A stretch of DNA of 64,000 nt from Amoebidium appalachense (lineage: Eukaryota > Protista > Ichthyosporea): assembly GCA_963693365.1 (NCBI GenBank), contig CAVNZM010000012.1:8622001-8686000 (forward strand), written 5' to 3'. The notes under the pieces were generated by a model. That model ran no database searches and was not told the DNA's origin. It saw nothing but the letters and a program-made list of their open reading frames with translations. Positions 33,787-64,000 of this stretch are shown here, piece by piece; the first letter of the stretch is position 1; every line of letters begins with the position of its first letter. The translations under genes and the position numbers were made by a program.

Positions 33787-34316
33787 CCGAAGAAAGAGGT
33801 CGATGGTAGGCGATGTTGGTAAAGCTAAAAACCATCATGTTGACGGTGGGGGGGGGAAAAATAGAGCGAAACGAAAGGCGATGAATAAACGGCTAGACTG
33901 GTGTTTCTCGTACGACTTCTTGTAAAAAAATAAGAGGAAACTGACGCAGGTTTATTCTCGCCTTTTTTTTTCACTTTTTTGAGATAGATAAAAAGAAACG
34001 AACGACAGATAAACGTAAGAATGTGCTATAAGCCAAGAATAGTCAAGAGTTGCGCTTGCTGACATTTTTAAAAGCCGGAAGCTAAAAAAGAGCAGGTCCT
34101 GGCGGCCAGGAATGAAAATAAAAAAAATGGCGCCACGAAAATAGAAATTACTGTTAATACAACCATACGTGTGATTGCAGGTTGCACCTGTGCAGATTGA
34201 AACGGCAAAGAAGGCAACGCAAGATGAGGGACTTGCCACTTGCGGGTTTATAATTTTTTTTTGCGTAAAGCAGGGAGTTAAATTGAGCCGGTTCAAACAG
34301 CAGCAGGGAGAGCCTT

Positions 34317-34611
34317 TCATGCCGCCATGTGCACACTCATAGGCATCCTAGCCATTTGCTTCTCCACATGATGCGTGTTGTTCCTTTTATTCTTGCCACC
34401 CAGAATGTGATTGTTGGGTGCCTGTTTCAGCACGCTCCAAAACGACCATTGTCTGCAGAACTCGAGATGATCTTGGCTATGTATGTTGTCAATGATGACC
34501 GCAGTGATTTTCACTGTATACCATTGCTGATGTACATCATACATCATACACACGCACATGCGTACGCACACACTGACACACACACAATGTGTACACACAC
34601 GTGCATTCACA

Positions 34612-34689
<78 letters not shown>

Positions 34690-35070
34690 CACACGCACAC
34701 ACAATGATAGGTCACAATTAGTCGACACTCATATTTTGCACACCTTAGTGCATAGTAACTTGTCGCTGTTGGTGAAATGTCCGGGTTGTTGTGTTTTAGG
34801 ATGCCCTTATCGCCATCTCCCATCAATTAAAGACATTTTTTTTGCTCTCTCCTTTTCGTTCTTTCTTCCCCCTCTGCCTCTTCTTTTTTTCTCTCCTTTC
34901 TTTCCTTCGTTTCTAATTATTTTACCTGTTTTTTTATGTCCTTTCTTTAAGGCTTCCTTTTTTCATGCTGCGTGTGTGCAACCTGTGTTTGTGTTTGTGC
35001 CAACGAGTGTGTGTGGGGGGGGGGTTGGGGGGATTGTACCCTGAGCTGGTGTATGTGGTTTTGTGTACCA

Positions 35071-35102
<32 letters not shown>

Positions 35103-36984
35103 ATGCGCGCGTGTTAGCTCCCCCTCCCCCCCCCCCCCCTTCCCCCCTCTTCCCTTCGCGGGTACTTTTGTAGACACGCCTGCAACCCCGACATATCGAT
35201 GATGGGGGCTTTACAAACGCATGCACATAATGTGGTCGTTGCTCTCCGGGTCAAACACAACGCAATACAATCTCACCTGGTGTACACTTCCACTGAGTCT
35301 TGTTGACAGGCAAATCGCTGGCCACCTAGCTGCAGGCTTTGCTACTGGGCGTCTTTTTGGTCGACAGGGCTTCTTGTTCATTTTGAAGTAATTGTGGAAG
35401 GCGTTAACTACATGGGAAAAGTTTATTGGTCGAATGAGCTGCGGTGCTGTGAGCTGGGTAATTACTAAGAAAAAGCTAAACTATTCTGCAAAAACGAGAG
35501 TTATTCTGCAAAAAACAGGGAACTGTGTCATTGAGGGATTATTCTGTAGAATGCAGAATCATCGTGGCAAAAACCAGAGTACTAGCCAATAAATGCGGAA
35601 CTATTCTGCAAAATGAGAATCTACTTTGCAGAAAACAGAGAACTATTGTTCAGAAAAGCGGAATTGTTCACCAAATGCAAAAACACTGGGAAGAAACCAG
35701 GGAGCTGGTCTGTAAATTAATGCGGAATCCTTCTGCAAAAGGCAAAATCCCAGTGCACACAGGTGACATGTGCAAAATGCGGCACTACAGTAACTGCAAA
35801 TAGCGAATTTGAGCGTGCTTCTTTGAGCAAAATTTTTCTGCATGTAGAGGAAGTATGTTTATTTTATCAATAATACTACCAAAAGAGTCAAAATCTATTG
35901 CAATGCCTCCTACATACAACAGGCCTTGAATCTATGATCACGATAAGTAGATTGGCTCTGTAGGAAACTAATATATATACCCGTTATGATGGTTTTGTGT
36001 TTTCTGAGCTCAACTTCAGCTGCAGCTAGATTGATTCTAGTGTTGTGTTTGGGTCATCATAACTGATCATGAATCACGGACTGTGGAGTTCATTAGGCAC
36101 CGCAACCAAAGGCATTGTGTAATGGGTGACACGTTTATTAACCCATTGTACGTTTATTAACCCATTGTACGTTTATTAACCCATTGTACGTTTATTAACC
36201 TATTGTACGTTTATTGGGCCCATTGTACGTTTATTAACCCATTGTCCGTTTATTAACCCATTGTACGTTTATTAACCCATTGTACGTTTATTAACCCGGC
36301 ATTGTACGTTTATTAAACCATTGTATGAAGTGCCGCACACATGTGCGTAAGTACCTTCAAAACATGTACATGTGTCCCCTGCAGTTCCGGACAGAAGGTA
36401 GGTACTGAGGAAAATGATTACAATCAGCCAGCCGGGGGAGCACTTCGTGTTTTTGTAGCATATCAGTGAAACTTCATACTATGATTATGGCTATAGCTTG
36501 GAGTCGAGTATGAAAGGTACTTGTGAGTGCTATCGCCCTGGACCAGGTGCCCGGGATAATCGATGTAGCTTGTTCGTCTTGGCCATGTCAACAGTACTAA
36601 TATAATCACTGTGGCGTAGCATGGTACAGTAACTATAAAAACGATATTAATCAGTAAAAACCTTAATTGTGAACGGTCATGAGCGGGATACATATTGGGG
36701 GTGTGATTTTAGTGCCACATGCATATGTTGGTGTGTACGTGTGTGCCACCGGTACCTGGCGGCCGGTGGTGGTGGAGGAGGTGGACCGCCAGGGGGGGGG
36801 GGGGGGGGGGGTTTGAATGCGTCAAAAAGTACGAAGTACACAAGAACAAACGGATAACACGATGCAGAATGCAAGCCATACAGAAAGAGTATGCATAATA
36901 AGCAGGGGGGGGGGGGGGGGGAGGTTGCATCTCTAGCCAACTGACACCTTTCCTCTGAGATTTTTCGAGGCTCACGGTTGTCAT
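34317..36984 (-). CDS. Possible small type II membrane protein gene or decayed gene (3' end uncertain)
   Basis: Phase-consistent exons 36984-36948, 36632-36521 (branch TACTGAT, TTTTATAG acceptor) and 36404-36355 give MTTVSLEKSQRKVTVPCYATVIILVLLTWPRR...GDTCTCFE. The next acceptor either stops quickly (36080, VRDS*) or is the in-phase exon 34513-34317 (VKITAVIIDN...VHMAA*). Confidence 0.3.
35479..35845. repeat. Degenerate ~21-bp tandem array with TATTCTGCAAAA core
   Basis: Recurrent ATTCTGCAAAA...GAGAACT motifs. Confidence 0.6.
36131..36324. repeat. 19-bp minisatellite (ACGTTTATTAACCCATTGT), ~10 copies
   Basis: Head-to-tail near-perfect units with no spacers. Confidence 0.95.
36811..36905 (-). 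mobile_element. Tail of the same element family (A-type)
   Basis: Nearly identical to 20890-20985 in reverse orientation, with poly-G on both sides. Confidence 0.75.
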
Positions 36985-37735
36985 GCTACTTGAAAAGCTC
37001 GGTTTGCAGGGGGTCGCGAGGAGGGTGTGTGTGTGTTTGGGGGGGGGGGGGGGAGAGGGGGGCAGGCACTACTGTTTCCGGCCAGTACAAGAATAAAACG
37101 CGGAAACAGCAAGTGGCCATGGTCTTGTCAGCCGAGGACGATTTATGAAGAACAAATACTTTTGGGGAGGCCATGCCCGGGCGTGAGGATTTCATGTTTA
37201 GTTTGCAGTGCCAAGTTTGTTCTTTTATTACATCTGATTTAATTGCCCTAGTCCATTGAGATCTCGCGCTTGCTGCATGCATGCAGGCAGCATATTGTAT
37301 TCAGTGGGCCAATAAATCCGAAAATAGGCATACCAACCCATAAATAGTCTTTTACAAGGGGGCTCGGTCTCCTATGTATACCCTGGACATAACATTGCGG
37401 TTGACACGATGATAACTAAAACCAAAAGAAAGAAATAAGGGAACTTATTATTTTTTTAAAAAAAAAACCAAACATGCTATACGACTGCATGGTTCTTGTA
37501 CAGTTTAAAAAAAAGTAAGAAAGAAAGAAAAGAAAAAACCACATTCAAGTGAAATTAAAGTATAAAACGAAAAAGCAAGGAAGAAAAGCATCCGGGTCAA
37601 ACCTACCGTAGGGCCCATTGGTTTTTCTTTTCTTCTTTTTTTCCCCAAAGGAACCCTTTAATACGATTCCTACCAATCACAGAAGCGCAACAGTCTCCGC
37701 GCTTGTAAGACACATCGATACCCGCGTTTCTTTAA

Positions 37736-52519
<14,784 letters not shown>

Positions 52520-53580
52520 GTTGCCGGTCGGAGGCTAAACGCCTAGCACGTAATATGTGAATACAGTGCCTAAAACAAACAACCACCTTTTCCTCTCTCT
52601 TCCTGTCTACTGTTTGTTTTCAGTGGCACCGCGGCGCTAAAACAAACAAAGAGCAGCTTTTGAAGTGCGGGGGCGACCAAGGCCCAGGGGCGGGCCCAAT
52701 AAGGCGCGGATGGAAATACGTGCGGAGAGCATAATGCATGATTTATAACCAACCAAATTGTTGCGGTTTCTGTGCTAGCTTTCAACTTGCCACTGTTTGG
52801 CGCATGAAGTGGCATAATATCCTTATCAGTAGTTCAAAAAAAAATATCTAGGCATAAATTATTTTTGCTTAGTAATTTTTTAAATGTTTTTGTAAGCTTT
52901 TATTTTCTCTGAACTTGCGTTTATTGAGTGCATCAAGGACGTTCAAGGGGCACCAAGGAATAAAAAATAGACCCAGCAACATGATTGGTGCTTGCTTCTG
53001 GCCCTCAAAGCTGCTTTATACCGCCTTCCCAAAAAGGCGTATAACCATAAATGGTTAGCCTGCGAAGGGTTCACCAATCTAATTATGGTTACACCCCTGT
53101 GACGTCAGTGAAATCCGAACTTTCATTGCCCCCTAGACTATCTAGGGGGAAGTGGTCCAATATTTCTACTGTAACTTGTCTTTACGGAGTATGTAACGGA
53201 ATATAACGGTTTCATTACTGTATGTGAATAGTGAATAACGGTTTTACTGCTTTAATGTTTATAGTTATGTCGAGTAACACTACAGTATAGTCCTATAGCC
53301 CGGGCTATAGTCGCTGGGCATTGTTTGAATTACAATACTACATAACTCCACGTCTGCTATGTTCGATTGAGCCGTGGGCGATTACGGGTGACCTGTGCTT
53401 TGCATCTTGAGCAATCACCTCCTTCATGGTTACCCAGCTCAAGTTGTCTCACGGCACATTCCCCCTAGGCCTACAGAAACTCACGTCTTACCAAGCAGAG
53501 CACCATTTGCAAACGAGACACCATTGAAACTATACACTCGCGGCTCTCCACGCACACTAGCACGTAACCCCAAGGCCGAC
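52520..53580. promoter_or_regulatory. Bidirectional promoter region (ACSL / 120-aa gene)
   Basis: ~1.06 kb, microsatellite-free, between divergent ATGs. Contains CCAAT/ATTGG boxes, CRE TGACGTCA (53100-53107), hairpin 53129-53149 and an 18-bp palindrome at 53293-53310. Confidence 0.6.
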
Positions 53581-56930
<3,350 letters not shown>

Positions 56931-57050
56931 GTCCTCCCCCCCCCCCCCCCCCCCCCCCGCCCCTTCCTCTCCCGCTTGGCCCCCTCCCCCCCAACCTCTC
57001 CTTTGCCCCACACCCCCCCTCCCCCCTCCCTCCCCACAGACACAAACACA

Positions 57051-57081
<31 letters not shown>

Positions 57082-57357
57082 CTCTCTTTCTCTCTCCCAC
57101 CTGTGCAGATGTGGATACATGCACCTCCTTGGGTGAGTACATGCATGCAGGCATGTGCACACCCGCAGATGAAACAACCCTCAATCCCCTCCCCCCCCCC
57201 CCCCCCCCCCTTCCCCCCCACGGGGCTGTGGTTCCCTTCCTCTCCTCCTCATCTCTATTGAAGTGCACACATGTACACTAACACCATGTTTTTTTTTATT
57301 GTGTGTATGAACTGTATCCCTTTTCTCGCTCCACGATTCTCTTTCTCTCTCTCCCCA

Positions 57358-57392
<35 letters not shown>

Positions 57393-57643
57393 TTCCTCCC
57401 CTCCCCCTCTCTCTGCCTCTCCCCTCCCTTCCCCCTCCCCCTCCCCTCTCTCTCTCGCTCTCTCTCGTGTTCTCTCTCGCTCTCCTCTCACTCTCCATCT
57501 CTCCATCTCTCCCTCCCCCCCCCTCCCCCCCACCCCTCCCCTCGTCCATCCCTCCCCTCTCTTTTCTCTCCCTCTCTTCCGCCCTTCCTCCCCCTCCGCC
57601 CCCACCTTCTCGTTCTTTCTCTCTTATTGTCTCTCTCACTCGT

Positions 57644-57701
<58 letters not shown>

Positions 57702-57719
57702 ATTGTCTCCCTCACTCGT

Positions 57720-57766
<47 letters not shown>

Positions 57767-57793
57767 GTCTCTCTCACTCGTTCTCTCTCTCTC

Positions 57794-57885
<92 letters not shown>

Positions 57886-59514
57886 TATAGATATCATGTA
57901 AAATCCGTCGTCTCCCCCCCCCCCCCCCCCCCCCTCTCTCTCTCTCCGTCTCTCTCCCCCTCTCTCCCCCCCCCCCTCCCCCCTCTGTAGGTGAAACCTT
58001 TATTACATCGGGAGGGAGGGAGGAAGAGGGAGGGGGATCTTTATTTCTTTTATTCCGAGTCTTTCCTTTTTTTTTGGGGGGGGGGGGGGTTTGTTGATTG
58101 GCTGCATGTCAGGCAGATGGTTCTACGCAGGATGAGGCCTGGCACCATCCCCTTTTAAGGTCGGGGGGTTGGGTGTGACGTCATCTTCTAGTGCCTTCCC
58201 TGTGTGAATGGTTGCGAATGGCTCTTTTTTCGAATGTGATGATTGGTTGCTGTTTGTGTTGGCATGAATTTCATCAATGATATTTGGGGGTTGGCGTGAA
58301 TTTCATCAATGACATTTGGGGCTGGCGAAATTTTGGTGGGGGGTGTTCAATGGGAAACTTATAGGGGAGCCGTAATTATATATGACCTGATGTACGAAGC
58401 AACAGCGTATGCCGCGATTTGGACATAATTTGGTGCCATAAGTTGAAATTCAGCGAGTCTAGGGAGAGTTTTCATGCTGCACCATTAGTCTTCTTGTAAA
58501 AGTTTGTCTGCTCATACCCCGCCCCCCCCCCCCCCCCCCCCCCCCCCCTCCCCCCACACACACACACACACACACACACCACACCGAAAGGTGCAAATCG
58601 ATTGCATACACACATTAATCTATGCACATCTATGTGTTGTTTATTTGACCTTCGATCATAGAACATACACAGTGTGTTTTTTTCTCCAAAAACTTATGCA
58701 GTACTGCTTTGCCATTTAGCACATTACCATTATTATATAGTACTTCACTCTACATTGATACGCCAAACAGACAAGCATGAAAAACAGTGCACCTTGTAGA
58801 CTTGTATCAAAGAAGTTGTATGCAGGACATGCAATTTTTTATAAAACCAAAGAAAAAGTGGGAATAATTGATTGCGGAGAACATTGTGCTATGTTGTGTA
58901 ATAAATGGTAACACAGGTGTAGTAGTATTGGTTTACATATTTGCATGTCATGGATGTATGACGATTGAATGTACTGTACGCACCTTCGAACTAGGTTAAT
59001 CTCTTGCAGAAGGTGTGCATATACATATCCATGTGGACGTGGCGCCAGCCCGGTGCAGAAACCACAAGCGCCATAATGTGTGCACGCTGTACGGGGCTTT
59101 TGGCGTATTCGATCTGGAACGCTTGCTTGCGCATGCTTCATGCTACTAATTATAACAATGCCTTACGTAGGGGCTCCCTATCCCGTAACTATGACCTGTT
59201 TATTAGATGTATTGATTGGCTTGAGAAACACATCATTACAAAATTCACGTAATCCATTATACTTATCTAATATTAGCACGTCCGTTCGAAATGTGCCCTC
59301 TACTCTAGCTAATAGCCGTCGTACTGCAGCTGATGATCATGATGATAATGATCGACAGTATCGATATCTATGGAATGGCATACCGTAATGTTTGAACCTG
59401 CAGCATATGTTCGGTTACACGAGAGGGAGCCGCTGGGGACAGGATTTGGAGGTGGCTTCCAATCGTCCAATCGAGGGAGCGGTGGTGCCCACCGCAGTGG
59501 TGGTGGTGGTGTGT

Positions 59515-59545
<31 letters not shown>

Positions 59546-59743
59546 GGGGGAGGGGGGGGTCTTGCTCTGGGGCCTCATGCGCACCACCACCGGCCGCGGT
59601 ACCGTGGAGAGGTGGGTCCGAGTGAGTAGCAAGGAAAGAGGATTGGAGGCCCGGGACCCACCACCTCGGGGGGGGGGGAGAGAGAGAGAAAGAGAGAGAC
59701 TCGGAGTTGGAGCTAAAGGAGAGACAGGGGAGGGAGAGAGAGA

Positions 59744-59864
<121 letters not shown>

Positions 59865-61235
59865 GGAGAGAGAGAGAGAGAGAGAGTCCCGGAGAGAGAG
59901 AGTCCCGCTTGAGCGGGGGTCCCGGAGAGGTGGATGCATGGGAAGGGGGGGGGGGGGGGGGGGGGGGGGGGAGGGAGGGGGGGGGGGGGGGGGGGGGGGG
60001 GCTGGAGGGGGGAGGTTTCAGTACTGCAGAGCCGCCTGACTGCCGAGCTGCAATGTTTCACGGTTAGCCACCAAATAGTAATAATGATGAAAGATGCACA
60101 ATGCAGCTCATATTCACGCAGTCATGCCCCCACGTGAACTGCATGCATATGCATAGGTAGAATTGCATCATACGAGTCATCCCAATGCACCATGGCATTG
60201 CAACAGTGTGAGCCCCGCCTCGACATCAACAAGCTCTTGCTCGACATTTGACACGTCTCTTTGGCTCTGCGGCCCGCGGCGTCTACAATTCCTTGTCTCT
60301 CTTTGAGAGCTCTGTCTCAATTTTGCGTGGCCACCGATTACATATTCCACCCGCCAAAACTCGGCATATGACATCGATATCTGCGACCGAATCGATTGAC
60401 CGCCCGGCCGGGGACTTTTGGCGGACGAAGCCTTTGCCGCGCACCACCAAAAGTACATATGTACGCGGCAGGTCCACACACTATACCGTTCAACTTCTTT
60501 GCTTCTTAACTCTTTTGTAGACTTTCTCATGACTAGTACTGCGCGTATATTTCTAACAAGCTAATTACTGTATAAAGTACTTATAGAAGGCTCTTTGTTA
60601 CACAAAAGCGTCCAGCGGCTTAGCCACCCTACATAGGTCATGAGTTCCAGCCTGTCAGACCTAAAGTAGCGCCCTGTGCACATGCTCATGCATAATGTCA
60701 CGGTTGGACTAATATCATGGGTAGAAAAAAGTGGGAGGGAGAAAGAAAGGGACTTAGAAAGATTGAGAGCGACATACAGAGCGAAGGAAAAAGACAGAGA
60801 TTTGCAGGCAGGTAGACAAGTCGTAGAGCCCGGAGGTGGAGAAAGGTGAAAGGAGGGAGGTAGGGATGGAGAGGAGAGAAGGGGCGGGGCGAAACTTTGA
60901 AGGAAGAAGAAAGGGAGGGGAGGCGGAAAGGAGGAAAGAACTTGAAAAAAAAGAAGAAAAAAGACACTATGGGGACGGAGAAGTTCTTTTTTTTTTCTTT
61001 GGGGGGGGGGGGGGGGGGAGGGGTGGGGCACGGGGAGGGGGGGGGGGGGGGGAGGGGGGACTGAGGGCAGGCATACAGGCAAGAGGGCCCTGAGCACCCT
61101 GGCCGATATATATAGGAAACAGGTACACGCGTACGGGACTAAACTACAGGGATGACCTAGCAGAGAATGTAAATCAAGGGGAAAACAACAAGGTAGTACG
61201 GGAAAACGTTGTGTCAGTGTACGCTTGTCACGGGG

Positions 61236-61275
<40 letters not shown>

Positions 61276-61276
61276 G

Positions 61277-61332
<56 letters not shown>

Positions 61333-61794
61333 TGTGTGTGTGTGTGTGTGTGTGCGCGGGCGTGTGTGAGAGTGTGTGCATGTGTGTGTGTGTGTCTTTG
61401 TGTGTGTTTGTGTCTGTGCCTGTGTGCCTGTGTGTGTGAGTACATGTGTGTGTGTAGTGTGCCGGCCACTGTGTGCTGAGCCTGGGGGGAGGGAGAGGGG
61501 GCAAGAGAAAGCGAAGGGGTCGGGACGGGGTGGTTGAAGGATGGGGTTGTGCCCGAAACTTTCTGATAAACGGTTTTCAGATAACCTGTACGAGTGTTCG
61601 CATAGAAAGCTTGTGCTTGCTATGTGCATCTATTCCCCTGAAACTGCCGGACACGACCATACTAGGACAAGCCGCGCGTGTGTGGGGGAGGGGGGGGGGG
61701 GGGGGGGGGAGGGTCGACATCACCACGTATGTTGAATTTGCAAACTGCAAGCTCTCTATACCGGTACCGTAGATCCTCTTAGTAGTGTCTGTGT

Positions 61795-61877
<83 letters not shown>

Positions 61878-62783
61878 TCTATCTATCTATCTATCTCTCT
61901 TCTCCTCCCTTTCGAGTCTCTATATCATCGTCTCCTTTCTGTCTACTCTCGTTCTCTCTCTCTGTGGGGTTGGGGCCCCCGGGGGGGGGGGGGGGGGGGC
62001 AGCTAGTAATAGGGATAGAGAGCCTTGCGGACGAGCAGCTGGCTGCTGCACATTCAAACATAACATGTTTAGGGGAGTGGAACTGTTCAAGTTGGGCTGG
62101 TTGAAGGGGAAGGGAGAGAGCGGGGGGAGGGGGGAGGAGGAGGGGGGGGGGGGGTTGCTGGGGGTCCCGAGATCTCAAGAGGAGATGCACAGTGTTGAAG
62201 TCTATGTATTGCATGTTACCGCTTACGGGTTTCATCGGAGCACAGGCGTGTTTGTGTGCGTACAGTGCAAGGCGGGAAAGCTGACGGTGCCGGTGTAAGG
62301 AAAAGGGAGAGGCTGGTAATAGAAAAGACTCCAAGAAATCACAGTGCTGGAAAAGTACATGCTCTTAGGGGACGTAAGGATTCCGCAGGGATGAAGGGGG
62401 GGGGGGGGGGGGGGGTACAGGAAAGCAGGCTGTGCAGCCCCAGCCTCCTTGGCCACTATTGTGGTCTCCTGCGTTTTCAGCAAAGGCGTTTCTGTCCTCC
62501 TTTCTATTTTCCGTTGATCATGAACATAAAGCCTACGGCTTGTGTCAAGAAACGAACCAAGCTCGTTTTGCTTTAGCCCTCCACCCAAGTTGCCAAAACC
62601 GTGAGGGGAAAAAAATAAAATAAAAAAAAGTTTAGCAAGGTTATCCAAGCATTCAGCCTGTGTAGTTTTAAGTTAGCCAAACCTGGCACTGCGATACGGT
62701 GACGAAAGTTTGACCCGTGAGAAGGTACAAGCTGTGTAGCTGTGCCTTTGTCGTGCTCGAGATCTCTGGGCAAACACAAACTA

Positions 62784-62842
<59 letters not shown>

Positions 62843-63696
62843 TCCCCCCACCCGGCTTGTTTTGTTACATCCTTAGGCTTCACATACAGAAAATGCAGGA
62901 GCAAAGCACGTAACTTAGACCGTTAACAAAAAGATGGGGAACGGTAGGGGTAATGATCATGATATCCTGCCAGTACCACGCGCGTATATCGTATGTAGGG
63001 CCGCCGCGCGCTGTGAATGATCCGCCGCCAAAACTCCTTCGTCCGCCAAAAGTCGGTGACGTCACAATTCGCAGATGTCAATATGCATTCATGCACTATA
63101 CAATGGGTCACGTGCAGCCTTGCAACACGTGCACTCCAGAAGTCCAAATTGGTCGCGCGCGCCAGGCTGTGAAAAAAAAATAAAAAAAAATAAAAATTAC
63201 AGGGTCACGGCCAGAAATTTTTTTATTTTTTTCTTTTGACTGGATTTATTCGACGGAAAGATATGCAAGTATGCACGGCATACGGAGAAGACAATAAAAA
63301 CTTCACGAGTTATCCAGTAACAAGTGCATACTGAGATACCTGAACACTGTGTGAAAATCATATAAATACTCAATGTGACGACCAACAGAATTTAACAAGA
63401 AGTCTAAAGCCAATTTAAATGGCCCCGTTGTGGAAAAAGGCCGAGTTGGCCGGGGGGCCCCCTACGTGTTCACATTGCCAGCTAGTGTAGCAGACACCCG
63501 TAGGGAAAGAGGTAAAACGCCAGAAAATTGCCCCTGAAAGTCCGAAAATTGTCCCTAACTTTTTGAGGTTAGGTCCATCAATTATCCAAAAATTGGCCCT
63601 AACAGAGCCAAATATATAAGAAAACATACCTAAAAACGGTTGTTGGCTCTGTTAGGGCCATCCAGGCTGGTGGAAAGTTACCAAAATGGCTCACAC

Positions 63697-63798
63697 GTAC
63701 TGACGGTGTGCACGCGCTGCGATGAACTTTACGTTCGCTGCAGACGGGTACTGACGGTGTGCACGCGCTGCGATGAACTTTACGTTCGCTGCAGACGG
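63697..63798. repeat. 51-bp tandem duplication
   Basis: GTACTGACGGTGTGCACGCGCTGCGATGAACTTTACGTTCGCTGCAGACGG x2. Confidence 0.9.
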
Positions 63799-64000
63799 GC
63801 CTTACACTCTCGCGACCGCGTGCATGCTTTCTGTCGCGGCGCCTCGACGGTTCGATAGAGTCCAGTGCTCGCTGAATGTGTAAGGAAAAATAAGGAGCCA
63901 TCTCAGTAGGTGGCAGCCAAAATGGCACTGGCCAAAAGCAACTTTCACACCCTGGCGCGCGCTCATCCCACCCCAACACAAAACAACACAGGACCGGAAG

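Noticed and set aside
36131-36324. CRISPR array
   Set aside because: Units are contiguous with no unique spacers, the context is eukaryotic and there are no cas genes
63198-63600. Tc1/mariner-like end TA|CAGGGT
   Set aside because: No matching inverted terminus or transposase within the window

Overview
Eukaryotic nuclear DNA, intron-rich and full of (CA)n/(GT)n, (CT)n and poly-C/G tracts. Gene content suggests a unicellular holozoan or other opisthokont (inference). Almost all ORFs in the supplied track are microsatellite artefacts. Splicing exons by hand, with GT-AG borders and consistent phases, gives: (1) a 20-exon + strand gene (11742-31361, ~783 aa) with DH-PH-RA-RhoGAP architecture, i.e. 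ARHGAP20/TAGAP-like plus an N-terminal RhoGEF domain; (2) a 22-exon - strand long-chain acyl-CoA synthetase of ACSL3/4 type (52519-37736, 719 aa); (3) a head-to-head 4-exon 120-aa orphan with a coiled coil and C-terminal TM helix (53581-56930); (4) an intronless 99-aa orphan (33487-33786); (5) a doubtful small - strand membrane-protein gene (36984 to ~36067 or 34317). Non-coding highlights: a dispersed, intron-confined ~160-nt element always sense to its host, with covarying helices, hammerhead-like core words and a poly-C-ending tail; repeated local duplications that copy splice sites and exon ends into introns; acceptors sitting directly on (CA)n; a pre-miRNA-like hairpin; and two MITE-like foldback elements.
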